Shown: one piece after another, positions 49,777 to 59,536 of the stretch
How the letters are laid out: every line of letters starts with the position of its first letter
Position numbering within the stretch: the stretch's first letter is position 1
Source: Microcystaceae cyanobacterium
GTDB lineage: Bacteria; Cyanobacteriota; Cyanobacteriia; Cyanobacteriales; Microcystaceae
DNA length: 64,000 nt
NCBI GenBank assembly: GCA_041746575.1
Contig: JBGTGT010000054.1
Span: forward strand, 1 to 64,000
Direction: 5' to 3'
Position numbers and translations under genes: made by a program
Notes under the pieces: model-generated
What the model saw: the letters and a program-made list of their open reading frames with translations, nothing else
Database searches by the model: none
What the model was told of the DNA's origin: nothing

Positions 49777-51082
49777 CGTTTTTTGATCCTTCTAAAAATG
49801 TTCTCAATTGTTGCCCGACGGCTTCTAAGGAAAAAGCTGTTTCTACCCGACGGCGAGCATTATAACCCCACTGACGGCGTATCAGTGGATTTTCAAGTAA
49901 ATAAACAATTGCTTGAGCCAAAGCGGCTGAATTTTCCTTAGGAACAATGATTCCCCCAGAGATTTCTCCTCCCTCTAAAATATCCGCCATACCCGGAACA
50001 TCGGTGGCGACAATGGGTAATCCACTAGCCATGGCTTCTAGAGGAGCAACGGGAAACCCTTCATGACGGGAAGGCAAACAGTAAATATCTGCCGCCGAGA
50101 GATAATTAGCCATTTGGGTACGATTTAGGATAAATTGGTCAATCCAGATAATATTTGTTAATTGCCTGTCTGCGATCGCTAAGCGTAACCATTCTGCATC
50201 GTTCCCAGTTCCGATCAATAATAATTGACAATTGAAGCGAATTTGACTGATTTCTTGCCAAGCGTCCAACAAAATATCCAATCCCTTGCGCTCACGCTCT
50301 ATGCGTCCATGATACACCACAACCTCTGCATCGGGGACAATCCCTAAGTCTAAGCGTGTCTGATGGCGATTCCCGTCTTTCCAGTCATTAAGCTCTAAAG
50401 GGTTAAATATTTGGGCAATTTTGCTATCAGGAATCTTGTAACGGGTTCTGACGCGCTCAATCTCTATTTGAGATGCAATGATTAATCCATCGCAATGACG
50501 CAACGTTAGAGGACGAATCCAGCGTTCAATTTCCCAAATCTGAAAATCTCCTCCTTGAAAGCTCGCGAAAACAGGAATTTTGAGTAATTTTCCCAATAAA
50601 ATACAGGTATCAAAGCGAGGATATTCGTATTCTTGACAGATAATCCCTTGACAGCCTTCTTGCTTGAGTTTTTGATCCAGTAAATTTAAAGGAGTGGCTA
50701 AATAAGGTGATAATTGCCTTAAAATTGCAAAAAAAGAATAATTCAGCCTAAATACTTTTTTAAATGTCTCTTTTACTGAAGAACCGTAAGGGTTAACCAT
50801 ACAAACTTGAAGATATCTATAGTATTGACTGACAGGTAAGAGCCAAATAATTGCCCCTGTCGGTGGATGAATGCGGCGCATGGGTTCGGTAATCTGAGCA
50901 GAGATACCGATTAAAACCGTCTGGATGCCAACTTTTTTTAGGGCTTCAACATAGCCAAATAACCATCCTCCTGTCATTTCTGTGCAAAAGGTTTCAAGGG
51001 AAATATTAATACTGTCTAAATAATCTTCAATGACGTTTCCCCAAGGTAAAAGAGCAATCGTTTGATAAGAACTTTTTTTCAT
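49760..51082 (-). CDS. GT4 glycosyltransferase
   Basis: GRI...KG, PSRHEGFPVAPLEAMASGLP. Confidence 0.9.
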   Translation of the reverse strand: MKKSSYQTIALLPWGNVIEDYLDSINISLETFCTEMTGGWLFGYVEALKKVGIQTVLIGISAQITEPMRRIHPPTGAIIWLLPVSQYYRYLQVCMVNPYGSSVKETFKKVFRLNYSFFAILRQLSPYLATPLNLLDQKLKQEGCQGIICQEYEYPRFDTCILLGKLLKIPVFASFQGGDFQIWEIERWIRPLTLRHCDGLIIASQIEIERVRTRYKIPDSKIAQIFNPLELNDWKDGNRHQTRLDLGIVPDAEVVVYHGRIERERKGLDILLDAWQEISQIRFNCQLLLIGTGNDAEWLRLAIADRQLTNIIWIDQFILNRTQMANYLSAADIYCLPSRHEGFPVAPLEAMASGLPIVATDVPGMADILEGGEISGGIIVPKENSAALAQAIVYLLENPLIRRQWGYNARRRVETAFSLEAVGQQLRTFLEGSKNDDKSE

Positions 51083-51090
51083 AAAATGGG

Positions 51091-52851
51091 TTATGATTTC
51101 ACTTTTTTAAAAATATAAGCGTGCATAGGACTATTAGAAGGAAAAGGCCGATAATGAAATAATAAATTCTCTTGTTGTTGCCACTCTGACAATAAAGTTT
51201 GTTGAATTTCCTCCTCTGGCAAGATAATAATTAAATCTTCAAGGTTAGGGGATTTGATTTGAAAACAGTTATGGTTAGAATTCCACGAGACACACTTATT
51301 ATTTTCAGCAAATTCAAGAGGACTGGTTAAGCGATAACTAAGTGAGTCGTTGATTTGACGATTTTTATATTTAAGAAAGCAAGAGAAATAATAAAGAACA
51401 TACTGTTTGTTCGTATAGGGAAAATAAAGATTGACTTCATCGCTATCTCGTTGCTGAGAGTAATTCTGTAGAAACTGAACAATTTGTACCCTAGCGTTGA
51501 TAAAATTGAATCTCTCAGTAATAATCTTAGGAGTCTCATAAATATTTTGAATAACTAGAATTGTACCCAGCGCAAAGAGCAATAGTTTTCCCCAAGATTT
51601 TTGCAATATAGGAGAGAAAACATGAATAATGTACAGAATAGCAATCAAATCAATAGGTGCTAAAAAATAATTGTTGATTAAGCCGATTTTTACATAGAAA
51701 AGAAAATATCCAATCGAACCAATCGCTAAAGAATCCCAAAAAATATCTCCCTTTTTTCTCCAGTAAAATAAATAAATAAATCGGCTGATCGTTAAAATCA
51801 AAAATAAACTTAATAAGGGATTTGATTCCACAAAGTATAAAAAGGCTGTTTGATAGTCTATTGAACGACTGGTGGCATAACTTATACTTCGATGAGGAAG
51901 ATTAATTAAGATATAGAATAAGACGAAAATAAAGCAAAGAATTAAAATAAAAAATTCAATTTTATGCACCTTAATAAAGTCTGATAAATTTTGTTTAATT
52001 AAATCCCGTTCTCGCCTAGCAAAGAATAACAATCTAATCAGAGCAAAAATGCTTAATAAAATAAAAACAGGTTCTTTATAATAGAGGGCAAAATGAGTCG
52101 CAATTAAAACTATGCCGAAAGCAAAAGTATAGCCTGACTGCGGAGGTGCAGTCATCGCAGGCACCGCCTTTTCAAGGCGGTGTACCGATGACTTTAAATA
52201 GCTTTTAAAGGCTAAAATGAAAATAATGAGCCAAACAATCAAGTTACGTTCCGGAATTGTCAGACTGAAGAACGAATAAGCAGTACTAGGCGTTGTCAAA
52301 ATGAGAAAAATAACGCTTAACTGTAACCAAATTGAGAACTCTTTTAAAAGAAAAAATAATAGGATAACAACAATTAAACACTGCAATATTGGTAAAGCAA
52401 AATATAACGGTGGCGATTGACTAATGATTGTTAATAAGTTCCATTCTTGATGCCCCAATGGGAAAAAACGACCTTGATCTGGCCAAATGGGTGGACCATA
52501 AAATTTTCCATTTAAGATATAATCAGTAAATATATCATTATCATAATTAGCAAAATCTTGTTTATAAAAAATCAAGAAACAATAAACAACAAGAAAAATA
52601 AAAAAAGCAATACTTCCTAAAAACTGAGAAAAAGACCAAGAAGATAAAGCAGAAAAATGAAGCGTTCTATGAATGCTCTTATCAGAAATTTTAGAGGATT
52701 TCAATTCAGGTAAACTCGCCTTAAAAAAAATCAAGGTAATGCTCATTAAAATCAGGAGCCATATCGCTGGGAAATAGGCTCGTAAAAGGGATGAAAGCGT
52801 GTCTAGCATCTTTATATTTATATTAATTTCAAATTTTATATCATTACTCAA
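51091..52851 (-). CDS. Multi-TM membrane protein (GT-C/polymerase-like), AT-rich, carrying an in-frame palindromic insertion
   Basis: Many TM segments; YDND, GRFFPLGHQE, YYKEP motifs; start may be 52809. Confidence 0.6.
   Translation of the reverse strand: MSNDIKFEININIKMLDTLSSLLRAYFPAIWLLILMSITLIFFKASLPELKSSKISDKSIHRTLHFSALSSWSFSQFLGSIAFFIFLVVYCFLIFYKQDFANYDNDIFTDYILNGKFYGPPIWPDQGRFFPLGHQEWNLLTIISQSPPLYFALPILQCLIVVILLFFLLKEFSIWLQLSVIFLILTTPSTAYSFFSLTIPERNLIVWLIIFILAFKSYLKSSVHRLEKAVPAMTAPPQSGYTFAFGIVLIATHFALYYKEPVFILLSIFALIRLLFFARRERDLIKQNLSDFIKVHKIEFFILILCFIFVLFYILINLPHRSISYATSRSIDYQTAFLYFVESNPLLSLFLILTISRFIYLFYWRKKGDIFWDSLAIGSIGYFLFYVKIGLINNYFLAPIDLIAILYIIHVFSPILQKSWGKLLLFALGTILVIQNIYETPKIITERFNFINARVQIVQFLQNYSQQRDSDEVNLYFPYTNKQYVLYYFSCFLKYKNRQINDSLSYRLTSPLEFAENNKCVSWNSNHNCFQIKSPNLEDLIIILPEEEIQQTLLSEWQQQENLLFHYRPFPSNSPMHAYIFKKVKS
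52135..52193. repeat. GC-rich nested palindromic (REP/MITE-like) element inside a CDS
   Basis: TGACTGC/GCAGTCA (52135-52154); AGTCATCG/CGATGACT (52150-52193); inner CACCGCCTT-TTC-AAGGCGGTG (52162-52182). Confidence 0.75.
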
Positions 52852-52882
52852 AAATCATGAGAGACTTAGATAATCATCTTTA

Positions 52883-53905
52883 TCAATCATAAAGAACATT
52901 GGTCTTCACTTTACCATGACGCTTTAAGTGCCATTGCCACGCATGGGTCATAATGGTTTTTAAATCAGGATATTGGGGTTGCCATCCTAATAGTTGACGA
53001 GCCTTTTCACTACTACTAACTAAAATAGCGGGATCTCCTACCCTGCGATCGCAGATTTCGACGTTGATTTCTTTTCCTGTAATTTCTCTAGCGATATCAA
53101 TGACTTGCTGTACAGAAAAGCCTTGACCATTACCCAGATTCAAAATTTGACTATCACCCCCATTGAGTAAGTATTTTAATCCTAATAAATGGGCGTGTGC
53201 TAAATCTACCACATGAATATAGTCTCTCACACACGTTCCATCTGGGGTTGGATAGTCACTGCCAAAAATCGAAATAGATGATTGTTTGCCTAAGGCAGTA
53301 TAAAGGACTGAGGGAATTAAATGGGGTTCAGGATCATGATCTTCCCCTAATTCTCCGTCAGGATCAGCCCCCGCCGCATTAAAAAAGCGAAAACAAACAT
53401 ATTTCAAGCCATAAGCTCGACTGAAATCCGCTAAGAGTTGTTCCACCATCTTTTTGCTGGCACCATAGGGATTAATCGGAACTTGTGGATGAGCTTCGTC
53501 AATGGATAGGGTATGCGGAATCCCATAAGTCGCGCAAGTAGAAGAAAAGACCAAATGATCAATACCCATCTGCATCATTGCCTCTAGAAGGGTTAATGTT
53601 CCGGCTACATTGTTACGGTAGTATTTAGCTGGGTTGTTGATGGATTCTCCTACATAGGCATCGGCGGCAAAGTGAATTACGGCATCGATAGCATAATCGC
53701 TTAAAATCTGTTTTACCAAAGCGCAATCGCTGATATCCCCTTGAATAAAGGGAACGTTCAATACATTTTTTACGATATCTTCATGACCGTTACTCAGGTT
53801 ATCTAGAATGACCACGTTATAGCCAAAGCTAGCAAGTTCTTTAACTGTATGAGAGCCAATATAACCGGCTCCCCCCGTCACTAAAATTTTCGGTGAGATT
53901 AACAT
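52883..53905 (-). CDS. galE: UDP-glucose 4-epimerase
   Basis: TGGAGYIGSH, HFAA..YVGES, YGASK, FFNAAGA, DGTCVRDYIHV. Confidence 0.94.
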   Translation of the reverse strand: MLISPKILVTGGAGYIGSHTVKELASFGYNVVILDNLSNGHEDIVKNVLNVPFIQGDISDCALVKQILSDYAIDAVIHFAADAYVGESINNPAKYYRNNVAGTLTLLEAMMQMGIDHLVFSSTCATYGIPHTLSIDEAHPQVPINPYGASKKMVEQLLADFSRAYGLKYVCFRFFNAAGADPDGELGEDHDPEPHLIPSVLYTALGKQSSISIFGSDYPTPDGTCVRDYIHVVDLAHAHLLGLKYLLNGGDSQILNLGNGQGFSVQQVIDIAREITGKEINVEICDRRVGDPAILVSSSEKARQLLGWQPQYPDLKTIMTHAWQWHLKRHGKVKTNVLYD

Positions 53906-53966
53906 TAAATTGCGATTATATTTAAGATAAACATTGAAAATAAGGTCAGGAAAGGGAGAATTTTTT

Positions 53967-54845
53967 CTAATGATTACTTGTGCGATATTTTTCTACAAAA
54001 AAGCCAGAAGCATTGGCGATTTGAGATAATAAAAAGAGAAAAGCTACAGAAATTTGAGAAGTGTCATTCACTTTTATGAAAGGATATTGTAATAATTTAA
54101 AATAAAAACTTAACGGCTCAATTTTAACCTCTTGCTGATTTCTTTGCGCACGATTTTGATGAAAATAAAAAGCTCCTCGTCCATAATTAAAATGCTGTCG
54201 GTAAAACGTTTTAAGAGTTAAATGATGAGAATGATACACAATCGCATCTTTTTGATATCGTAGGGGATATCCAAAATGTTTCCAGCGATCACAAAATTCC
54301 CGATCTTCTCCTGCTGCGAGGGTAAAGGTGGTCGCAAATTGCCCAACTTTTTGAAATAAGTCTTTGGCAACGGCAAAATTGTTGGAGGTAAAAAACTGAG
54401 CCGAATCAGCGTTGTAATAATCGTAGAGATAATCAATCAGTAACTGACTAGCGGCGGAATAAGGATTATCCGATAGGGCGTTGATGGTTCTTCCGCCTAA
54501 AAGCGCATTGGGCGTCTGAGAAAACCCTTTTTCAAGGGCTGAGAGCCAATTTTGAGCAACCCGACAATCATCATCGGTAAAGGCTAAATATTGCCCTCTC
54601 GCTGAATTTGCGCCTGTATTACGGGCGGTGGCAGGGCCAGCATTGACTTGCCGAATTAAGGTCAGATTAAGAGAGTGACGATAATCATTAACGAGAGAAT
54701 CTAGGGGATCTTTACTGCCATCATCTACAACAATAATTTCAAAGTTATGCCCTTGATAATTAAGATTTTTGAGAGAATCTAAGCAGTTTGTCAAACGTTC
54801 AGGGCGATTATAAGTGGGAATAATGATCGAAAAAAATACGGTCAT
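53967..54845 (-). CDS. GT2 glycosyltransferase
   Basis: SIIIPTYNR, VDDGS, AFTDDD, GEDRE. Confidence 0.9.
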   Translation of the reverse strand: MTVFFSIIIPTYNRPERLTNCLDSLKNLNYQGHNFEIIVVDDGSKDPLDSLVNDYRHSLNLTLIRQVNAGPATARNTGANSARGQYLAFTDDDCRVAQNWLSALEKGFSQTPNALLGGRTINALSDNPYSAASQLLIDYLYDYYNADSAQFFTSNNFAVAKDLFQKVGQFATTFTLAAGEDREFCDRWKHFGYPLRYQKDAIVYHSHHLTLKTFYRQHFNYGRGAFYFHQNRAQRNQQEVKIEPLSFYFKLLQYPFIKVNDTSQISVAFLFLLSQIANASGFFVEKYRTSNH

Positions 54846-54931
54846 GATTAGGAAGTAGGAATTAACTTTTTCGTCTTCTCACTGGTTAAACTTTAGCTCA
54901 CCTTTAATCTAAATTGACAGGAACCTAATTT

Positions 54932-56395
54932 TTAGGCTTTTTCGGGAGAGGATTTGGCTAAAGTAAGACGAAGGAATTCTTGTAATTGTTGGAAAAGTTC
55001 GGGAGCAAATAGACGAATGGAGAGTCCATAAACCCCAATCCCTCCTAAACTACAAATTAAAATTGTAAGATAGGGCTGGATACTTTGGGGCAACCAGCCT
55101 TTGAGAATAGCCATAGAAAGCATCATTAGGATGGCACTGCCTAAAGGGGCAAGAAATTGCCGTAAATAGGTCAAAATAGGGGTATGAATGAGCAGACTGA
55201 CCATCCATTGTCCGACAGGAAACATTAGATAGCCTCGAATCACATAAGCAAAAGCAACGGCGATAATACCCCAACGAACCGCGATCGCAAAGGCAATTAT
55301 GTTTAAAATCGCGTTAATTAAGCTAAAATTTAACCGCCAATGGGGTTTATCCATCGCCAAAAGAACAGAGCTTTTGAAGAAAGAAACAGAACGTCTTATG
55401 CCCTCAAACGCTAATATCTGCAAAACTGGCACAGAAGGAAGCCATTTTTCGCCAAAAATAACAGAAATCGCTTCGGGTGCAAGGATGACGACACCTAAAA
55501 ACGTGGGAAAAGCAATCAAACTGGTGAACTGCGTTGCTCGATAAAAAACGCGCCTAAACTGTGCTAAATCATCTTGCAAGCGGGAAAAAATGGGCAAAGC
55601 AACTTGATTACTGGTACTGACTAATAGTTGCGTCATAATGGTCAAAATTTTGTACGCAAGACTATAGTAACCAAGGGCGGTTGCGTCTATATAGTAACCG
55701 ATGAGTAGGTCGTCGCCCCGCGTGCTACAGAAGCTGAGAAAATTAAACCCTAATGTGGTAATACCAAAATGCCATAAATCCTTAAAATGGGTCAAAGACA
55801 CTTGAAAACTCGGTCTCCAGTCGCTTAATCTCCATAAGACAATTACGGCAACCAGTTCGTAGGTAATTTGCTGACTGACTAAACTCCAAACCCCAAATCC
55901 TGCCAACGCCATGCCAATCCCGACAATACCACTGATCATAACGCCAATTAAAGAACGGAGGGCGATCGCTTTAAAGGCAAATTGTCGTTCTAAAACGGCT
56001 TGCTGTACGGTGCTAAAAGAAGCGATAATAAACAGAACCGAAAAACCTCGTAATATCGGTGCAAGATTGGGTTCTTTAAAGAAATTTCCGATCCAATTGG
56101 CTGAAAACAAAGTAATACTGCAAAGAATTAAGCCAAAGCCTAAATTGAGCCAAAATGTCGTGTCCAAATGGGCTTTATCTAGCTGTTTTCGTTGAATTAA
56201 TGCTTTAGCAAAGCCTTCGCTGAGGAAAATTTGCATAAAAGCCAAAAAAACATTGGCTAATGCCACTAAGCCAAAATCTTTAGGACTCAATAGGCGCGCT
56301 AAGACGAAAAAGACAAGTAAAGATCCTGCCTGACTCCCCCAATTTTGAATGGCTGACCATACTATCGCTTTTAAAGCTTTTTGCTTAATATTCAT
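54932..56395 (-). CDS. wzx: Wzx-type (MOP/PST) polysaccharide flippase
   Basis: LARLLSPKDFG, ALIQRK, GVWSLV, LGYYSLAY, VIFGEKW; ~12 TM. Confidence 0.9.
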   Translation of the reverse strand: MNIKQKALKAIVWSAIQNWGSQAGSLLVFFVLARLLSPKDFGLVALANVFLAFMQIFLSEGFAKALIQRKQLDKAHLDTTFWLNLGFGLILCSITLFSANWIGNFFKEPNLAPILRGFSVLFIIASFSTVQQAVLERQFAFKAIALRSLIGVMISGIVGIGMALAGFGVWSLVSQQITYELVAVIVLWRLSDWRPSFQVSLTHFKDLWHFGITTLGFNFLSFCSTRGDDLLIGYYIDATALGYYSLAYKILTIMTQLLVSTSNQVALPIFSRLQDDLAQFRRVFYRATQFTSLIAFPTFLGVVILAPEAISVIFGEKWLPSVPVLQILAFEGIRRSVSFFKSSVLLAMDKPHWRLNFSLINAILNIIAFAIAVRWGIIAVAFAYVIRGYLMFPVGQWMVSLLIHTPILTYLRQFLAPLGSAILMMLSMAILKGWLPQSIQPYLTILICSLGGIGVYGLSIRLFAPELFQQLQEFLRLTLAKSSPEKA

Positions 56396-56431
56396 AAAAA
56401 ATACGAAATAATCAACCTGCTATCTTAGCGT

Positions 56432-57160
56432 TTATCGATTCAGTTTCTGGGCTAAAGAAATGAACCATTTTTGACGATAAGATTGAGGAGCGAGAACAAA
56501 TGAATATTCTTGATGACTAGGATTACGCAATTCTAAGGAAATATCAGCGGCAGAAATCATCTTGAAACTTTTTTCGAGTTGCTCAGCTAGGCTAGGATAA
56601 CCCAATTTTTGAGCCATCTTAATGATTGTATCTTGATTGCGAAGATCGTAGTCCTGTTGTTTAGACTGATTGCAATAAACGATTCCTTGATCTAAATATT
56701 CCTCTAATTCATTCGCTAAACGAATAAGTAATACATTTTTGCCTATATTATTCATTGTATCAATCTGCTCATAAATATGATTAAGCTGAGCTTTTTTCCA
56801 AGAAAGTTGAGCATACTTAGCAATATATTCTTCCGTTTTTTCTCCGACTATTCGTCTGACTTGTTTGCGCTTTGAATCAGAAATTCCGTATTTTTTAAAT
56901 GAGCCAAAATCGCCTTGTTGATAGGTAGCATGAAGAAGTCCCGCCGTAATGATTTCAGATGATACTTGGAGCCATGTCAAAATGCTGGCTGTTCCAATTA
57001 AATGGGCGATAAATGTTTTACCAGAACCTCGAAAGCGACCTGTAAATAAGGAAATTGCTAATGTATAGCCTTGAGATACCCGTTGCATCTCATCTTGACG
57101 GTAACCTTTTTGTTGTAATTGATTAAACAGTTGAATATTAGTTTGTGAAAATAAGTGCAT
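56432..57160 (-). CDS. DUF6817-like protein with degenerate HD (SpoT/Mesh1-like) motifs
   Basis: QTNIQLFNQL; RGSGKTFIAHL; AGLLHATY; IRLANELEE. Confidence 0.6.
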   Translation of the reverse strand: MHLFSQTNIQLFNQLQQKGYRQDEMQRVSQGYTLAISLFTGRFRGSGKTFIAHLIGTASILTWLQVSSEIITAGLLHATYQQGDFGSFKKYGISDSKRKQVRRIVGEKTEEYIAKYAQLSWKKAQLNHIYEQIDTMNNIGKNVLLIRLANELEEYLDQGIVYCNQSKQQDYDLRNQDTIIKMAQKLGYPSLAEQLEKSFKMISAADISLELRNPSHQEYSFVLAPQSYRQKWFISLAQKLNR

Positions 57161-57162
57161 GA

Positions 57163-58407
57163 CTATTGACCTTGTTTAAGTTCTTCGTGTTTTTCTCGCC
57201 ACGCTTCCCTGATTAGAAAAATCAACATAAATAACCAAGCGAGGGATTGAAATGTCACAAATAGCGATGACCAAGGAGGAGACGCTTCAAGTATATTGCT
57301 AGGAACGAATGCTAAGATAAATAACAGAACTAATAGCCAATTTCCCCCTTTAATCCCTTGTCGTTGGTGATTTTTAATAATTTGATAAATTGCAATTGTG
57401 GGCAATAGCATGATAATATCGTCATATTGGCGATGATATGTCCAAACCCGAGCAATAATGCCAGTGACTCCTAACAAAAGCCATAAATTGACCCGACGAT
57501 GGTAATAAATCCAAACTCCCAACCCGATTAAAAATAGCAGGGTTATCGGTGTAGTTAGAGAAAAAGATAACTTGATAGAATTACCAGAAGCCGTTGTCAA
57601 CTGATTAATCTGATTAATCATGGTTTGTTGATTGGCATATCCGCCCTCACTTGCCCCCCATTCCGCCCCGCTTCTTGCTCTTTCAAACCAAGTTAATAAT
57701 AAGCTAAGAGGATGAGTCGGTTGAAATGAACTGGCAACGAGGGTTAGCATTCCATACAATAAACTCACTAAAATGAAGGGGCGAAATCTTTGATTGGGAT
57801 AGGCAAATAAAAGAATCCAAGCAAACGGAATCGAGAGATTGGGTTTAATCATGCCCCAAGTTACCATTCCTGTTGCCAATAAATCTTTCCCCCATCCCCG
57901 TTGTTTTTGGCGAAAGATTAACAAGCCTCCCACAAGTAAAGGAATCAGGGCAATACCTAATTGAGCATTACCAATCGTGGCTCTTGTGGCATAAAATAAG
58001 GGCAATAAGGCGACTAATGCCTTCTCTGACTGGGTTTCGGCTTTACTCTCTCTAACGGTCAAATAAATAAGTCCAACTAAGGCAACAACCGTAAAAATCG
58101 TCCAAAGCACTCTAGCAGAGGGAAAATCTAACCAACCCGTGAAGGGATATAACATTAAGTAACTGGCAGGAGGATACACTGCACTTTCAATCGTGTGGTA
58201 AACATCAACCCCAGAAAACCAAGGTTTGACGGCTTTCGCAAAAACCCCCAAATCAACCGCACCCGATTCACCTTGAACCCAGAGAAGGCGATAGAATTCT
58301 TTGCTTAAACGATTAATAACAGAAATAGCCAAAAAGCCCCAAACAACCCAAAGAAAGTGTTTTTGGTGACGCTGCCATTGATTTTCAGGGTCTTGCTTTG
58401 TTAACAT
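57163..58407 (-). CDS. GT87/DUF2029 GT-C membrane glycosyltransferase
   Basis: VDL, VYPPAS, GNAQ, IKP, YHRQYD; multi-TM. Confidence 0.75.
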   Translation of the reverse strand: MLTKQDPENQWQRHQKHFLWVVWGFLAISVINRLSKEFYRLLWVQGESGAVDLGVFAKAVKPWFSGVDVYHTIESAVYPPASYLMLYPFTGWLDFPSARVLWTIFTVVALVGLIYLTVRESKAETQSEKALVALLPLFYATRATIGNAQLGIALIPLLVGGLLIFRQKQRGWGKDLLATGMVTWGMIKPNLSIPFAWILLFAYPNQRFRPFILVSLLYGMLTLVASSFQPTHPLSLLLTWFERARSGAEWGASEGGYANQQTMINQINQLTTASGNSIKLSFSLTTPITLLFLIGLGVWIYYHRRVNLWLLLGVTGIIARVWTYHRQYDDIIMLLPTIAIYQIIKNHQRQGIKGGNWLLVLLFILAFVPSNILEASPPWSSLFVTFQSLAWLFMLIFLIREAWREKHEELKQGQ

Positions 58408-58425
58408 AACGTAAAATAGGTGATA

Positions 58426-59529
58426 TTATCTCGGATTGATATTCTCAAATACTTTAACCATACTTGTCCAAGCGAGTTTAGGATTCAAATCTTGATCTAA
58501 GGGTAAAGGTCGCACCGCTAAACCATCCCGACGGGGACGATGTTTTGATAACCAAGTATAGCGATCGCTCAATCCCCACGTCAAAACGGCAATTACCTCG
58601 GATTCATCTAAGACGGTACTGAGATACATTTCATAGATATCAGCCACCCGACGATCTCTTTTTGAATAATCAGCCGGTAATCCCTGATCAGATACATCGA
58701 GTTCTGTTATCAGGATTTTTAAGCCCAAGCTAGCAACATCTGACAAAAATTGACGTAATTTTACAGAATTAAAGCGAGTTTCAGCCCCCACTAAATGGGC
58801 TTGAAGTCCTAAACCATGAATGGGTGTTCCTTTGGCTTTGAGGCGTTCTAGTAGCTTCAAAACAGCATTTCGTCTAGCTTCTTGGTTGGGAGTCTCATAA
58901 GCTAAGTCATAGTCGTTATAAATTAGCAAGGCATTGGGATCTGCTTCTGAGGCTACTTGAAAGGCAAATTCGATATAATCTTCCCCCAACCATTCTAGCC
59001 AAGGACTTTTGCGCAATCCCCAAGGATGACCATCAGCGATATCAATGGCTTCATTGACCACGTCCCAAGAGTGAATTAACCCTTTATAATGTCCGACAAC
59101 GGTAGCAATGTGATTTCTTAAGACTGACTCAGCATTTTGACTATTAACGGTTTCTTTAACCCAATCCGGTAAAAACTTATACCAGACAAGTGTATGACCA
59201 CGCATTTTTAACTGATGACGGGTTGCCCATTCTGCCAACCCATCCCCTTTCCTAAAATCGTATTGATGAGGTTGAGGATGAATTTTGTACCATTTTAGAT
59301 TATTTTCTGGTGTTAAAATGGCGCATTCTTCAATAAAGCGTCGTTGATATTCTCTATCTTGAGAAAGCTTGTTATAAGCTCCCGCAGAACCATAAATCAA
59401 CCCTTTTGCCGAAGCAGAGGCTTGTAAGGTATAGGGCTGAGACACTGCTTGTCCCATTGCTGTGGTGGCTAGGGTGACTCCTCCTAGATAAATTGCTTTT
59501 CTTCGGGTTATTTGGCGAATTTTTGCCAT
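58426..59529 (-). CDS. GH10 glycoside hydrolase (xylanase-like) with Tat-like signal
   Basis: TRRKAI; PENNLKW; RGHTLVW; WDVVNE (acid/base); GLQAH; ITELD (nucleophile). Confidence 0.92.
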   Translation of the reverse strand: MAKIRQITRRKAIYLGGVTLATTAMGQAVSQPYTLQASASAKGLIYGSAGAYNKLSQDREYQRRFIEECAILTPENNLKWYKIHPQPHQYDFRKGDGLAEWATRHQLKMRGHTLVWYKFLPDWVKETVNSQNAESVLRNHIATVVGHYKGLIHSWDVVNEAIDIADGHPWGLRKSPWLEWLGEDYIEFAFQVASEADPNALLIYNDYDLAYETPNQEARRNAVLKLLERLKAKGTPIHGLGLQAHLVGAETRFNSVKLRQFLSDVASLGLKILITELDVSDQGLPADYSKRDRRVADIYEMYLSTVLDESEVIAVLTWGLSDRYTWLSKHRPRRDGLAVRPLPLDQDLNPKLAWTSMVKVFENINPR

Positions 59530-59536
59530 AAAAAAG

